64,000 nt of DNA from Macrostomum lignano. Lineage: Eukaryota. A program made the position numbers and the translations under genes. Positions 21,849-33,434 of this stretch are shown piece by piece. The DNA is taken from assembly GCA_002269645.1 (NCBI GenBank), contig NIVC01002762.1:1-64000 (forward strand), written 5' to 3'. Every line of letters begins with the position of its first letter. Within the stretch, counting starts at the first letter, position 1. The notes beneath the pieces were generated by a model that was given only the letters and a program-made list of their open reading frames with translations, did no database searches and was not told the origin of the DNA.

Positions 21849-23799
21849 ATGGCTTGTCGAAGGTTCACAGTAAGTTTGTTTTGCTATTTTATAAAATATA
21901 TCAATTTGCTTTAAAACATAATATTGAGGCACTTTTGGAAGCAAAATGCACTTTTTTGGTGCTGAACCCCCATAATTGAAGCTATGTATTTCTTGCTTGA
22001 TTTATCTGCACATCTACCAATTTTGGCCTCCCAAAACAGGTGTGCGTTGAAGGCAACATTGGCTGCGGCAAGAGCTCATTTATTCGTCATTTCGCCAACA
22101 AACTGCCGGGATATCTAAATGTACTGGAAGAACCTGTTGCCCAGTGGACTAGCTTAAACAATAACAATTTGCTAGGCATGATGTACTCCGATCCCAAGCG
22201 CTGGTGTACCGCCTTCCAGGCCTACGTTATGCTGACTATGAGCGATGGCCATTCCAGTTCTAGGGGGGCATCAGCTCCTCCCGTCACTCTGTTGGAACGG
22301 TCGCTTCACTCAGCTTGCCGGGTGTTTGTGGAGAACCTGCATATGCAGTGAGTGCTAATAGTAGGGGGCCCTAGCCCAGTGGTATAACGCGGCGCTTTGA
22401 TTCTGTGCATGGCCTAACGATAAATAAAGTTAGGGTTGCTGTACACTCCTGTGTGAGTGTGTGCCTGCGCGTATGACTGCGTACGTATCCGCGCGCTTGT
22501 GTGCCTGCTCAGGGGAGTCAGCAGAATGGGCAGTAATGCCTCTCGCCGGTTGTGTGACAATGTCGCTTAAAGTTCGCTGGGGTGCACACAGCCTCCTGCC
22601 TCTGACTAAAAATGAAAACGAAAAAATCCCCAAGGTCTGACTTATTTTCTAGAAGATTACTGCCGCTTTTGGATCTTCTACTATTAGTAATATTTCAGTT
22701 TATCTTTTAATTTTTGTCCACCAAACAGATCTTTAATGGACAGCATGGACTATCACATTTTGATGGAATGGTACAACTTGTGGGTCAGCGATCAAACCTA
22801 CGATATTGACGTAATCAGTGAGTTTAAGTATAAATCATTAGTATGCTATTTAGTTTTTTAATATATTTGTATTTATTTTTCATACTGTTCTTTCTCTGTA
22901 GTCTATCTTCGCGCTAAACCGTCCGTGTGCTTGGAGCGAGTGAAAAAGCGCAACCGGTCTGAGGAGTGCGATTTGAGCCTTGTAAGTTACAGTCCGAACC
23001 CACCACCCAGTGTACATGGCTCCCTTCTTATCAGTTCCCTCAGCACCCACCACCCCAGTGAACATGGCTCCCTTCTTATCAGTTCCCTCAGCACCCACCA
23101 CCCCAGTGAACATGGCTCCCTTCTTATCAGTTCCCTCAGCACCCACCACCCCAGTGTACATGGCTCCCTTCTTATCAGTTCCCTCAGCACCCACCACCCC
23201 AGTGTACATGGCTCCCTTCTTATCAGTTCCCTCAGCACCCACCACCCCAGTGTACATGGCTCCTTTCTTATCAGTTCCCTCAGCACCCACCACCCCAGTG
23301 AACATGGCTCCTTTCTTATCAGTTCCCTCAGCACCCACCACCCCAGTGAACATGGCTCCCTTCTTATCAGTTCCCTCAGCACCCACCACCCCAGTGAACA
23401 TGGCTCCCTTCTTATCAGTTCCCTCAGCACCCACCACCCCAGTGTACATGGCTCCCTTCTTATCAGTTCCCTCAGCACCCACCACCCCAGCGTATGTGAA
23501 TCCCCGGCGCATAACTAAAGTTCCTTTGAACCAAACCACAGGAGCTGCTGGAGCAGCTGCACCAGCTGCACGAAGACTGGCTAATTAATCACAAATTCGG
23601 CTGTCCATCTACTCGGGTAGTTGTGCTGGATGCGGAGCAAGATTTCGACAGTCTAATGGCTGTCTATGACAGGGAAGTGCTGCCGATTCTGCGCGACTTC
23701 GCTGGAGAACCGGCTGTTAACGGGTCCGCCGAATCCGGCGAGACTGACAAGGAAAACAAGCCAAACAGTTTGGTTGCTAGGCTCGGAGTTTCTCCTTGA
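21849..23799 (+). CDS. Deoxynucleoside kinase, TK2/Dm-dNK family, 5 exons
   Basis: Exons 21849-21869, 22040-22347, 22729-22817, 22902-22981 and 23542-23799 join in phase. P-loop VEGNIGCGKS, EEPV, MYSDPKRW, FQAYV, ERSLHSA (Ala at the TK2/dNK specificity position), lid KRNRSEE and LHEDWL are all present. Confidence 0.93.
22364..22627 (+). mobile_element. tRNA-derived SINE, internally deleted copy (dNK intron 2)
   Basis: A-box head GGGGCCCTAGCCCAGTGGT. The body closely matches the reverse complement of 62945-63120 and is followed by an A-rich tail. Confidence 0.8.
23000..23490. repeat. 48-bp minisatellite, ~10 copies, in dNK intron 4
   Basis: Unit CACCCACCACCCCAGTG(T/A)ACATGGCTCCCTTCTTATCAGTTCCCTCAG. 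Confidence 0.97.
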
Positions 23800-24604
23800 C
23801 GATTTGGTTGATTCATTGTCAGTCAGTTAACCAAGACGGAATGCCAATCTAATTTATTGTTTTGTTATATTACTTAGTAGCGGATATAGCAAATTGTAAG
23901 CATTTTTAACGTAAGCGTAAATTTTCAGTAGTATTTAAGGAACAGTTTGAGCATTTTTGTACGCATTCTAATCACTATTATTTTTATTATATGGTTTTTT
24001 GCTACTTCTGGTGCTTTGATACTAAGTTTTATGCTTATAAATGGCCATTTTATTATACTGCGTATTTAATTATTAACTAATTTAAGTAATAATATAAAAC
24101 TAATTTTTGTACTTTTTATAGTACAGCATGATCTACGAGTATTATTTAATAGTACATTCTATCTACTTGACTTGGTTTGATTTTTTATTTAGCAAACAAG
24201 GTGGTTCAGTCTGCGATGTTAAATAGATGTTGAAAAAATCGTTTTTTTGTTTTAGCGCGCTTCCCAGCTTCGGTTTGGCGTGTTAGTTCATATTTTATTA
24301 GGGTTTTGTGAACGGATATAAGCTCTGGAGCTTGTCGCACTATTCACACGAATGAGGGCAGACCCCGGATGGCACAGTCCATGAGAAAGTCAGGGCCGCT
24401 CCGTGTACGTGCTCATGGGTCAGCCGAATGGGCAGGACTGCTTGCCTTCTGCTGTCGAGTTTTGATATCTATATCTTTTAATCCATAGGCATCGCTAAAA
24501 TCAGATAAATTATTGTAGAATAAGTTCTTGAACTTGTTATCTCCACCAACCAGTCATCGGATGTCCAGAAGCTTCACCTAGATGCAGAGAAGGCCAATTA
24601 AATC

Positions 24605-25135
24605 CTCTCCGGTGTGTTTAACAGGACTGGCCATAGACTATTGCAGCCACTTTAACACTCGCCACTCTGCAGAGCCGTTTCTCTCCGGTGTGTTTAACAG
24701 GACTGGCCGAAGACTATCGCAGCCACTTTAACACTCGCCACTATGCAGAGCCGTTCCTCTCCGGTGTGTTTAACAGGACTGGCCATAGACTATCGCAGCC
24801 ACTTTAACACTCGCCGCTATGCACAGCCGTGTCTCTCCAGTGTGTTTAACAGGACTGGCCATAGACTATCGCAGCCATTTTAACACTCGCCGCTATGCAA
24901 AGCCGTTCCTCTCCGGTGTGTTTAACAGGACTGGCCATAGACTATCGCAGCCATTTTAACACTCGCCGCTATGCACAGCCGTGTCTCTCCAGTGTGTTTA
25001 ACAGGACTGGCCATAGACTATCGCAGCCATTTTAACACTCGCCGCTATGCAAAGCCGTTCCTCTCCGGTGTGTTTAACAGGACTGGCCATAGACTATTGC
25101 AGCCACTTTAACACTCGCCACTCTGCAGAGCCGTG
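24605..25135. repeat. 76-bp tandem repeat, ~7 copies
   Basis: Unit starts CTCTCCGGTGTGTTTAACAGGACTGGCCATAGACTA, at 24605, 24681, 24757 and onward. Confidence 0.95.
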
Positions 25136-25332
25136 CCTGCATGCCGATGAGAATGGAGCGCTTTGTCTATATAAGATACAATGACAGATTTAAATTTTAT
25201 TTTACGTTGCAAAAGAACTGGATTTGCCGGCTACTTTTGCAAGAAATTGACGGATTGGGTGTTACAGTAATGTGAACAAAGGTAGCGCTTCCTTGCTACC
25301 TTTAAGAACTGCATGGTGCTTGGGTTATTCTG

Positions 25333-25612
25333 GGGCCGTATGTATAAAGCCTACTCCAGACTAGCTAGTCCGGACTTGGGTAGTTTAGTCTATAGCACAG
25401 ATCTATATAGTTATATAGTATCTATGGTCTATATATATGTTATACATAGTATATATGTTATATAGTATCTATGGTCTATAGTCTATGGTCTAGCTACCTT
25501 TGTTCTGTCTATAGTAGACCAGTCTAATTTTGTGTTTCTGGATACCAAATCCAAGTCCAGACTAGCTTTTCAAGACCGGACTACCCTAGACAGAGCTTTC
25601 TGCACACGGCCC
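25333..25612. mobile_element. MITE (~280 bp), PIF/Harbinger-like termini
   Basis: GGGCCGTATGTATAAAGC at the left end versus GCTTTCTGCACACGGCCC at the right (imperfect 18-bp TIR). Internal CCAGACTAGCT repeats. TSD not clean. Confidence 0.55.
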
Positions 25613-26663
25613 TGAGTAACGTAGATATAATGTACATTACAGTATGTAGCCAGCTGCGATAATCGTACTCGACTCGATCGTACTTGTACTTTTTGGGGGC
25701 TGCAAAAATATCAGCAGTGGCTAAATTAGACTAACATGTACATATACGGGATTATCATAGGCAAGCCAATTCTGCTGGACCATCCGGCAGCTGAAAGTAC
25801 AGTGTATATGCTATAAAATCAGTGTGAAAAATCACACCGGAAAAAAATAGTCAGGATCCTGATGACACAAGATCCTTTTGCCTGTGTAAGTAAGTCCTAG
25901 CGTGATTCACGTACCATCACTGCAGCTACTGACTGACTTTGCCCTAACTAAGTTAGTTTTGCGCTAACACAACAGAGGCGCGGCTTCCTCCAGATCCCAT
26001 CGTCAGGCTGCTGGTTAATTTTGCAGCCACATGCAGTTTGGATCATGGAGTTCGAATGCTAAACAGGCTGTAGTCAATCTGGAGACAAATAACCAACTGC
26101 AGCTTGACGAGAAAAACCTGCCATCGTAGATTCAGTTGTAGAAATTTGAAGCTTATTCGAAACAAATGTTTTTTGGATGTTTTCACTCTTACTTGGTCAG
26201 AACTTCCACGACTTTAACGATTTTTATTACAACTTAGATTTATGAGGTTTGTGAAGGTGTTGGACTAAAAGCTACATATGTATTTGATAGCTAGTAGGAA
26301 TCTTCTATCCAGACGTTCTCTTTATCTCCATGCCACTGCAGTCCCATCTCTGCACTGACTGCAATCAACGCTGCATGCCCATCCCCTGGGGGCAGAGGGG
26401 TTCCCGTGAGGACAAGAATTTGGGCCTGTTAATATATCTGAGTATGCTGTACACCTGTTCTTTCTAAATGTTTCTTTTGGTAGCAAATCAATTTGCTCGC
26501 ATGAATGATTGAATGCTACTCTATATATTATCTATTTACAGGTATACAGGCATAATACCCATTATACATAATCCGGTTCACTAATTGCAGTGCCACTCGA
26601 CTGTACTTTTAATTTGATAATTTTCCAGTTGCAACTTGTATGCATTTATTTTACACCTTTGAA

Positions 26664-27390
26664 GGCACACCTGTCAGACACTCTGATAGGCACACCTGTC
26701 AGACACTCTGATAGGCACACCTGTCAGACACTCTGATAGGCACACCTGTCAGACACTCTGATAGGCACACCTGTCAGACACTCTGATAGGCACACCTGTC
26801 AGACACTCTGATAGGCACACCTGTCAGACACTCTGATAGGCACACCTGTCAGACACTCTGATAGGCACACCTGTCAGACACATCGATAGGCACACCTGTC
26901 AGATACACTGATAGGGACACCTGTCAGACACACTGATAGGCACACCTGTCAGACACATCGATAGGCACACCTGTCAAACACACTGATAGGCACACCTGTC
27001 AGACACATCGATAGGCACACCTGTCAGACACTCTGATAGGCACACCTGTCAGACACACTGATAGGCACATCTGTCAGACACACTGATAGGCACACCTGTC
27101 AGACACATCGATAGGCACACCTGTCAGACACTCTGATAGGCACACCTGTCAGACACACAGATAGGCACACCTGTCAGACACTCTGATAGGCACACCTGTC
27201 AGACACTCTGATAGGCACACCTGTCAGACACTCTGATAGGCACACCTGTCAGACACTCTGATAGGCACACCTGTCAGACACTCTGATAGGCACATCTGTC
27301 AGACACTCTGATAGGCACACCTGTCAGACACACAGATAGGCACACCTGTCAGACACACAGATAGGCACACCTGTCAGACACGCTGATAGG
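26664..27390. repeat. 25-bp satellite GGCACACCTGTCAGACACTCTGATA, ~29 copies
   Basis: Period 25, few variants. Confidence 0.97.
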
Positions 27391-27734
27391 CTGCACAGAG
27401 CGCTCAACAAAAAAGAATTGCTATGGTTTTCCAGGCCTTGCGTGCGCGTTGAACCGTGTTTGACTTGAGCACTGCTCATTTTGGACAATAAGATGGCGAG
27501 GAGGCTTTTGCAGCGGAGACGAGATCGGTGATGCGAATTTCAGCATGACTGCTTTCTCGTCTTCTGTTCCGGGTCAAATGTTTTTTGTCTTCTGCTATCG
27601 TTACACGCGTATGGTTACACGAGTGTGGCCAAGGCGTTTTATTCGTGTTGATCTGTAGCGAAATTAGGCACTCCAGTGACTCTCACGAAGAATTTTGAAT
27701 TTTTCAAACTCTTCATTGAGATTTTAAGAATAAA

Positions 27735-28320
27735 AGAATCTCTGGTGAGATTTTGAGGCTATCTGGAATCTCTAGTGAGATTTTGAGACTATCTGGAATC
27801 TCTGGTGATAATTTGAGACGATATGGAAACTCTGGTGAGATTTCGACACTATCTGGAATCTCCTGTAAGATTTCGAGACTATCTGGAATCTCTGGTAAGA
27901 TTTGGAGTCTATCTGATCAATCTTTGATAAGCTTTAGAGACTAGGAATCTCTGTTGAGAACTTGAGACTATATTTAATCTATGGGGAGATTTCGAAACTA
28001 ACGGGAATCTCTGGTGAGATCTTGAGACTAACGGGAATCTCTAGTGAGATTTAGAGACTAACTGGAACCTCTGGTGAGAATTTGAGACATAGGGAATCTC
28101 TCATGAGATTTTGAGACTATCTGGAGTCTCTCGTGAGATTTGGAGACTATATGATCAATCTTTGATGAGCTAAGAGACTAGGAATCTCTGGTGAGAATTG
28201 GAGACATCTTTAATCTATGGGGAGATTTTGAGGCTAACGGGAATCTCTGGTGAGATTTCGAGGCTAACGGGAATCTCTGGTGAGATTTCGAGGCTAACGT
28301 GAATCTCTAGCGAGATTTTA
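27735..28320. repeat. Degenerate ~30-bp satellite GAGACTA(TCT/ACG)GGAATCTCTGGTGAGATTT, with a second block at 29120-29398
   Basis: Recurrent GGAATCTCT/GAGATTT/GAGACTA motifs. An AATCTTTGAT-containing variant unit recurs at ~27915, ~28150 and ~29120. Confidence 0.85.
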
Positions 28321-28770
28321 GGACTCGCTTGTATTTTGGAACATTCTCGTGACTTCTTAGTTTTTTTTCAAAGCTATTTGTGAGAATCTCTGCTTGCAAA
28401 GCTATGAAGATTTACGAGTCTCTCTGCTGTCGCTGAATTTTACTGGGCACTTGAAATAGCTCGTAATTTGGGACGTTTAACTGACAAGCAAATGACCTTG
28501 ATGCCAGCATTAGTTATGCCGTCTTTCGCTGGCAAGGCTGGCTGTTGTACACGGAATTAGTTAATATGCGCAATGAAAGGCTGCAGCAATTATTGTGTTT
28601 CTTCGGAAAAGAGAATATCTAATCGATATTGAACAAATATTTCTTTTAAAGGTGGACTGCCGTGTTTTCAGTGCTAATAGTTTTCTTTCCTGCGCTGTGT
28701 TTCAAATAGACATCAGCATAAATTGTGACTCACGAGATTTTGAATATATAGCTATATCTGATCAGAATTA

Positions 28771-29113
28771 GCACCTGTTCATTGACACTTCAGACACCTG
28801 TTCATAGACACTGCTACCTGTTTATAGACACTGCTACCTGTTTATAGACACTGCTACCTGTTTATAGACACTGCTACCTGTTTATAGACACTGCTACCTG
28901 TTTATAGACACTGCTACCTGTTTATAGACACTGCTACCTGTTTATAGACACTGCTACCTGTTTATAGACACTGCTACCTGTTTATAGACACTGCTACCTG
29001 TTTATAGACACTGCTACCTGTTCATAGACACTGCTACCTGTTTATAGACACTGCTACCTGTTTATAGACACTGCTACCTGTTTATAGACACTGCTACCTG
29101 TTTATAGACACTA
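28771..29113. repeat. 20-bp satellite CCTGTTTATAGACACTGCTA, ~16 copies
   Basis: Period 20, near-perfect. Confidence 0.97.
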
Positions 29114-29397
29114 CTATATGATTAATCTTTGATGAGCTTAAGAGACTAGGAATCTCTGGTGAGAATTGGAGACTATCTGTGGAATCTCTGGTAAGAATTT
29201 GAGACATCCTTAATTCTATGGGGAGATTTTGAGACTAACGGGAATATCTAGTGAGATCTTGCGACTAACGGGAATCTCTAATGAGATTTTGAGACTAACG
29301 GGAATATCTAGTGAGATCTTGCAACTAACGGGAATCTCTACTGAGATTTCAAGACTAACGGGAATCTCTGGTGAGATTTCAAGACTAGTGGGAATCT

Positions 29398-30060
29398 CCT
29401 GTTCATAGACACTGCTACCTGTTTATAGACACTGCTGACACCTGTTCATAGACACTGCTGACACCTGTTCATAGACACTGCTGGCACCTGTTCATAGACA
29501 CTGCTGGCACCTGTTCATAGACACTGCTGACACCTGTTCATAGACACTGCTGGCACCTGTTCATAGACACTGCTGGCACCTGTTCATAAACATTGCTACT
29601 TGCTTACATGTAGCGAAGCCTGTTTACAGGTTGTGAAGCCTGTTTACAGGTAGTGAAGCCTGTTTACAGGTATTAAAGCCTGTTTACAGATAGTGAAGCC
29701 TGTTTACAAGTATTAAAGCCTGTTTACAGATAGTGAAGCCTGTTTGCAGGTATTAAAGCCTGTTTACAGGTAGTGAAGCCTGTTTACAGGTAGTGATCGA
29801 AGCCTGTTTACAGGTAGTGAAGCCTGTTTACAGGTATTGAAGCCTGTTTACAGGTAGTGAAGCCTGTTTACAGGTAGTGATCGAAGCCTGTTTACAGGTA
29901 GTGAAGCCTGTTTACAGGTATTGAAGCCTGTTTACAGGTAGTGAAGTCTGTTTACAGGTATTGAAGCCTGTTTACAGGTATTGAAACCTGTTTACAGGTA
30001 GTCAAGCCTGTTTACAGGTATTAAAGCCTGTTTACAGGTAGTGAAGCCTGTTTACAGGTT
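29398..30060. repeat. 23-bp (CACCTGTTCATAGACACTGCTG[A/G]) array followed by a 20-bp (GAAGCCTGTTTACAGGTAGT) array
   Basis: Two adjacent tandem arrays, 29398-29597 and 29615-30060. Confidence 0.95.
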
Positions 30061-30621
30061 TTGAAATATGTTACTGTTCTATATTATCAGATACGGAGTT
30101 GTTATTTATTGTGATATACGAACGTATTCTTCTTCACAGTTTTTTGTTTCTTTCAGATAAAATATGTACTTTTTATTTTAAGTACATCCACAATTAAATC
30201 ACGTGTTCGCATTGATGAGTACGAGAACGCGTGTATTTCTTAGAACAAATTGATTAGAGGAATTAAAAAAAGAAAGGTATGCTAATTAGCGCCCAGTTGG
30301 ATCACATGCCTTTGTCGAAAAGAAACTGCAGTAGTGTCTTCTGGTACATTCGTACTGCGTCATCTAAAAGAAGCATCTCTGCAAATCTCTCATCGTTAAA
30401 AATCTCTTTTGAGATAGAAATCAAGCTAATTGAATAAAATTGTGTGGAGCCTCTGCGTTTACAAAACTACTGATTATAATTTCAATGAAACTGGACTTTA
30501 AATCTGCAGATGTACAGTGGGTTGCTAAGCAATACTGTTTACAGAAGTTCTAGTCCGATTTCTAAACTCCAAGTCCAAGCTTTCTCTTACTGTCACGTGA
30601 CCTCAGCTTAATCAGCGATTT

Positions 30622-32514
30622 TCATATTCGACTGAAACCTCGGCCGGATCTCCGCGTATCGGCGTCGAAATCGTTGTCAAGGTGATCAGAGTTCCACCTG
30701 GCTCTGCCCAGCAGACTTCGAGCCTCTGTCCTGGCTTCCAGCGGCGCGTCGAACTCCTTCGAAGCGTGCGCCGGGGTTTCCTGAAGCTCCATGTTGGACG
30801 TTTCAACTGCGCCAGCCTGCTGGTGCGCGCGCTGTCCGCGGCTGACGACGGCCTCGTAGCAGTGCAGCAGAAGATCGATGAGCTCAACAATGGAAACCAT
30901 CGTCAGGCCGATGAAGATAGACAGCAGGCCGCCAATTTGACTGAGAAACGAAGTCAAGGATAGAACCTCCTTCTCTTCGACTTTGTGCAGATCGAAATTC
31001 GGCCGGATCAGCTGCACGGACAGCAGGTTCCGTTCGAGGTGATCGACGCCGCGCAGCAGCTGGAAGGCTCCGGCGGGGTCGCCGGCGGACTGCAGCCTGA
31101 TGGCCTCTCGGTAGTCGGCCAGCTCAAGACGGTCGCGCAGTCGCTTGTAGACTCGGCTCTGCAGCATCTGCAGCTGGAAGGACTTCGCTGGCCAGTCGGA
31201 TGTCGATCGCTCAGTCTGGTAGCTGAAGAACGAGCAGGGCAGAGTGCAGGATGGCACGACGTCCTTGGCGTACTTTGAAATCACCTTCTTCTTGCACTTG
31301 ATGTAGTGATAAACTCGTTCCAAAGCGGCTACGCATCTTGCATGGAAATCGGGGCTCCAGTTGCAGCTGGTTTCGTTCATGAACTCTCGCAGGCCGGTGC
31401 AGTACGTGAAATTGGACGTCAGTACAAGGGGATACTCGATGGCTTGACAGCCGCAGGTCTCTAGGATGTCGCGCTGGATTGTGACCTGCCTGCAGCTGTC
31501 CTCGCTGTAGCCGTACTCTGCGCCGAACAGACTGAGCAGCTTGGGAGTTTCTGGCGAGCAGCGACCGTAGGGCGGCTGCTTTTGAACGTTCAGAACGTTT
31601 TTCAGCTTCACTTCGGTTAGAGAGCCGGACTTCAGGTGGATGGCCTCGTGGTTCATGTCCGGGTAGGTGTCGCCGGCGTGGATGGTGAATACTGCGCCCG
31701 ATAGTTGCGTGCTGATGTCCATGGTGTAGCAGTCCACGCAGTTGAGATTCTCCAAGCTCCAAGCGTTGTCCAGGTAAATGGCCATCTCAACCATACTAGT
31801 ACTGTTGCGCAGGTGCTCGCTTAGGTCCAAGGTGTAACAGTTCAGGTAGTTGCCGTGCACGAACGCTCTGAACGTCCCGGCCGAGGCGGAGTCGTCGATC
31901 GAGTCGCCGTAGTCGCGGCTGCAATAGTGCTGGTTGCGGGCGCTGCCGTTGCGCACAACGGCTCGACAGTCCAGAATGAAGTCGCGAAGCGAATGCCCCA
32001 GATCGGCCGCGCCAGCCGGCAGGCTCTCCAGGTAGGCGGCGAAGCCAAGCGAGCCGGAGAAGTTGTAGTACACGTGGCGAGTAGACAGGTTGTAGAAGTA
32101 CATGTGCCTAGTGGCCAGCTCCACGGCGGTGGCGAATGCTCGCGGATATTTCCAACCCTGGCCGCGCAGACGCCGCTTGCCCTGCGAGGACAGGGGCCGC
32201 GCGTTGCACACGGTGACGGACGGGAAGGGCGAATTGGCATCCTTGAGCACGCGAGGCGGGTGCATGACGTCGTACTCGATGAACTGCCGGATCAGCAGGC
32301 TCAGACAGAGCAGGCAGCTTGCGAACAGCAAGCCGACAAAGAAGGTCCAGAGCAGGCGAATGCGCCGACTATCCGACTTGACGATGCGCGGAATTCCTCG
32401 GATTGTGGTGTTCTCGCAGAACCGAATAAACTGACGGTGCAGCTCTTGGCTGAGTGGTCGCCGAACGGCTGCGACGACCTCAGGGCCGTCGCTATTGCTG
32501 CCGCAGAGCTGCAT
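30622..32514 (-). CDS. DEG/ENaC (amiloride-sensitive, FaNaC/ASIC superfamily) channel subunit, 630 aa, intronless CDS
   Basis: FCENTT pre-TM1, hydrophobic TM1, FPSVTVCN, GNYLNCYT, Cys-rich thumb (CGC...C, CTLPC) and TM2 LTSFLSQIGGLLSIFIGLTMVSIVELI. Confidence 0.95.
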   Translation of the reverse strand: MQLCGSNSDGPEVVAAVRRPLSQELHRQFIRFCENTTIRGIPRIVKSDSRRIRLLWTFFVGLLFASCLLCLSLLIRQFIEYDVMHPPRVLKDANSPFPSVTVCNARPLSSQGKRRLRGQGWKYPRAFATAVELATRHMYFYNLSTRHVYYNFSGSLGFAAYLESLPAGAADLGHSLRDFILDCRAVVRNGSARNQHYCSRDYGDSIDDSASAGTFRAFVHGNYLNCYTLDLSEHLRNSTSMVEMAIYLDNAWSLENLNCVDCYTMDISTQLSGAVFTIHAGDTYPDMNHEAIHLKSGSLTEVKLKNVLNVQKQPPYGRCSPETPKLLSLFGAEYGYSEDSCRQVTIQRDILETCGCQAIEYPLVLTSNFTYCTGLREFMNETSCNWSPDFHARCVAALERVYHYIKCKKKVISKYAKDVVPSCTLPCSFFSYQTERSTSDWPAKSFQLQMLQSRVYKRLRDRLELADYREAIRLQSAGDPAGAFQLLRGVDHLERNLLSVQLIRPNFDLHKVEEKEVLSLTSFLSQIGGLLSIFIGLTMVSIVELIDLLLHCYEAVVSRGQRAHQQAGAVETSNMELQETPAHASKEFDAPLEARTEARSLLGRARWNSDHLDNDFDADTRRSGRGFSRI

Positions 32515-33434
32515 GCCTGTGAGGCTTTGTTGGTGCTTTGCTTTGTCGAGCCACTGGAGGTACGAGAAGACGCGCTAAGCTTCTGCTGCGGCTGCTGTCT
32601 CAAAAAAGCCGAGTGAGTTTGGCAAGTGAATTGCTGATTAGTCAGGTACTGACAGCCAATAAGAGCGGCTAAAAAAATGCATACAGTAGCCAAAGAAAAA
32701 GGACGAAATGATTGACAGAAAGTTGGGAGCCGGGGGGAGGAGAGAAGCGAAAGGTGTTGCTTGGATGGGAGTGGAAGAGAAGCCTTCAAACAGTTTGTGA
32801 AATTTGAGTTGCAGCAGCTTCTGCGGGGGAGTTCACCGCGTCGCTGATAATACAAGGTACTTAGCCAAAGGTGTGTAGCAGGCCCATCACCTGTCCCCAT
32901 ACACACATTTCTATCCCTACACTCCCTGTAGCATATAGTTCCTTACCTGTTACACCTCGGCGCGTAGCCTCCAGTGTGAGGATATTGGGATATGCAATAG
33001 CCATCTTCCTTCACGTACCGCGCCATGCATCTCACCACCTCCTAATTTTCCCCTTTCTATACTCCAGAGATCCAGTTTTCCAGAGATTCCTTCCGCTATT
33101 TACAGGTGCTGGATCTGCTGAAATTTGCGATAGACTATACCGTTTGGAAACCGATATGCTAGGAAACTTCCTATAGTTTACTTGTCAAGTATTTGGCTCG
33201 ATTTTTCTTGAAAATAAGATGGAGGGTCGAATTTCCGATGCGTCGAGGCAAAATCTGTAACGCACAGTTTCTCCTTGAGGGTTCATGAGATGAGAAATTT
33301 TGTTTGAGAATCTGCACTTTTGCCTGTTCTGCGCGGAAATCAATGAGCCACCTGAAGACTTTGTATCAAATTAACTATAAAACTATATTATTAGTCTGTT
33401 CAGGAGTATCCATTGGTACGTACGAGTCAGCATC

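Noticed and set aside
24413-24577. In-frame TGA read as selenocysteine (VKLLDIR*LVGG...)
   Set aside because: No selenoprotein motif (such as CxxU) and no SECIS recognised. Chance open frames explain it.
26291-26600. Resemblance of the candidate peptide to the INTS14 VWA domain (IPAQILVLT versus IPCQVVLVTD)
   Set aside because: Too short, and the frame stops soon after. Not supportable without a profile search.
31855-32616. Antisense ORFs over the ENaC gene and over 38252-39112
   Set aside because: Shadow ORFs of GC-rich coding sequence, with no recognisable motifs.
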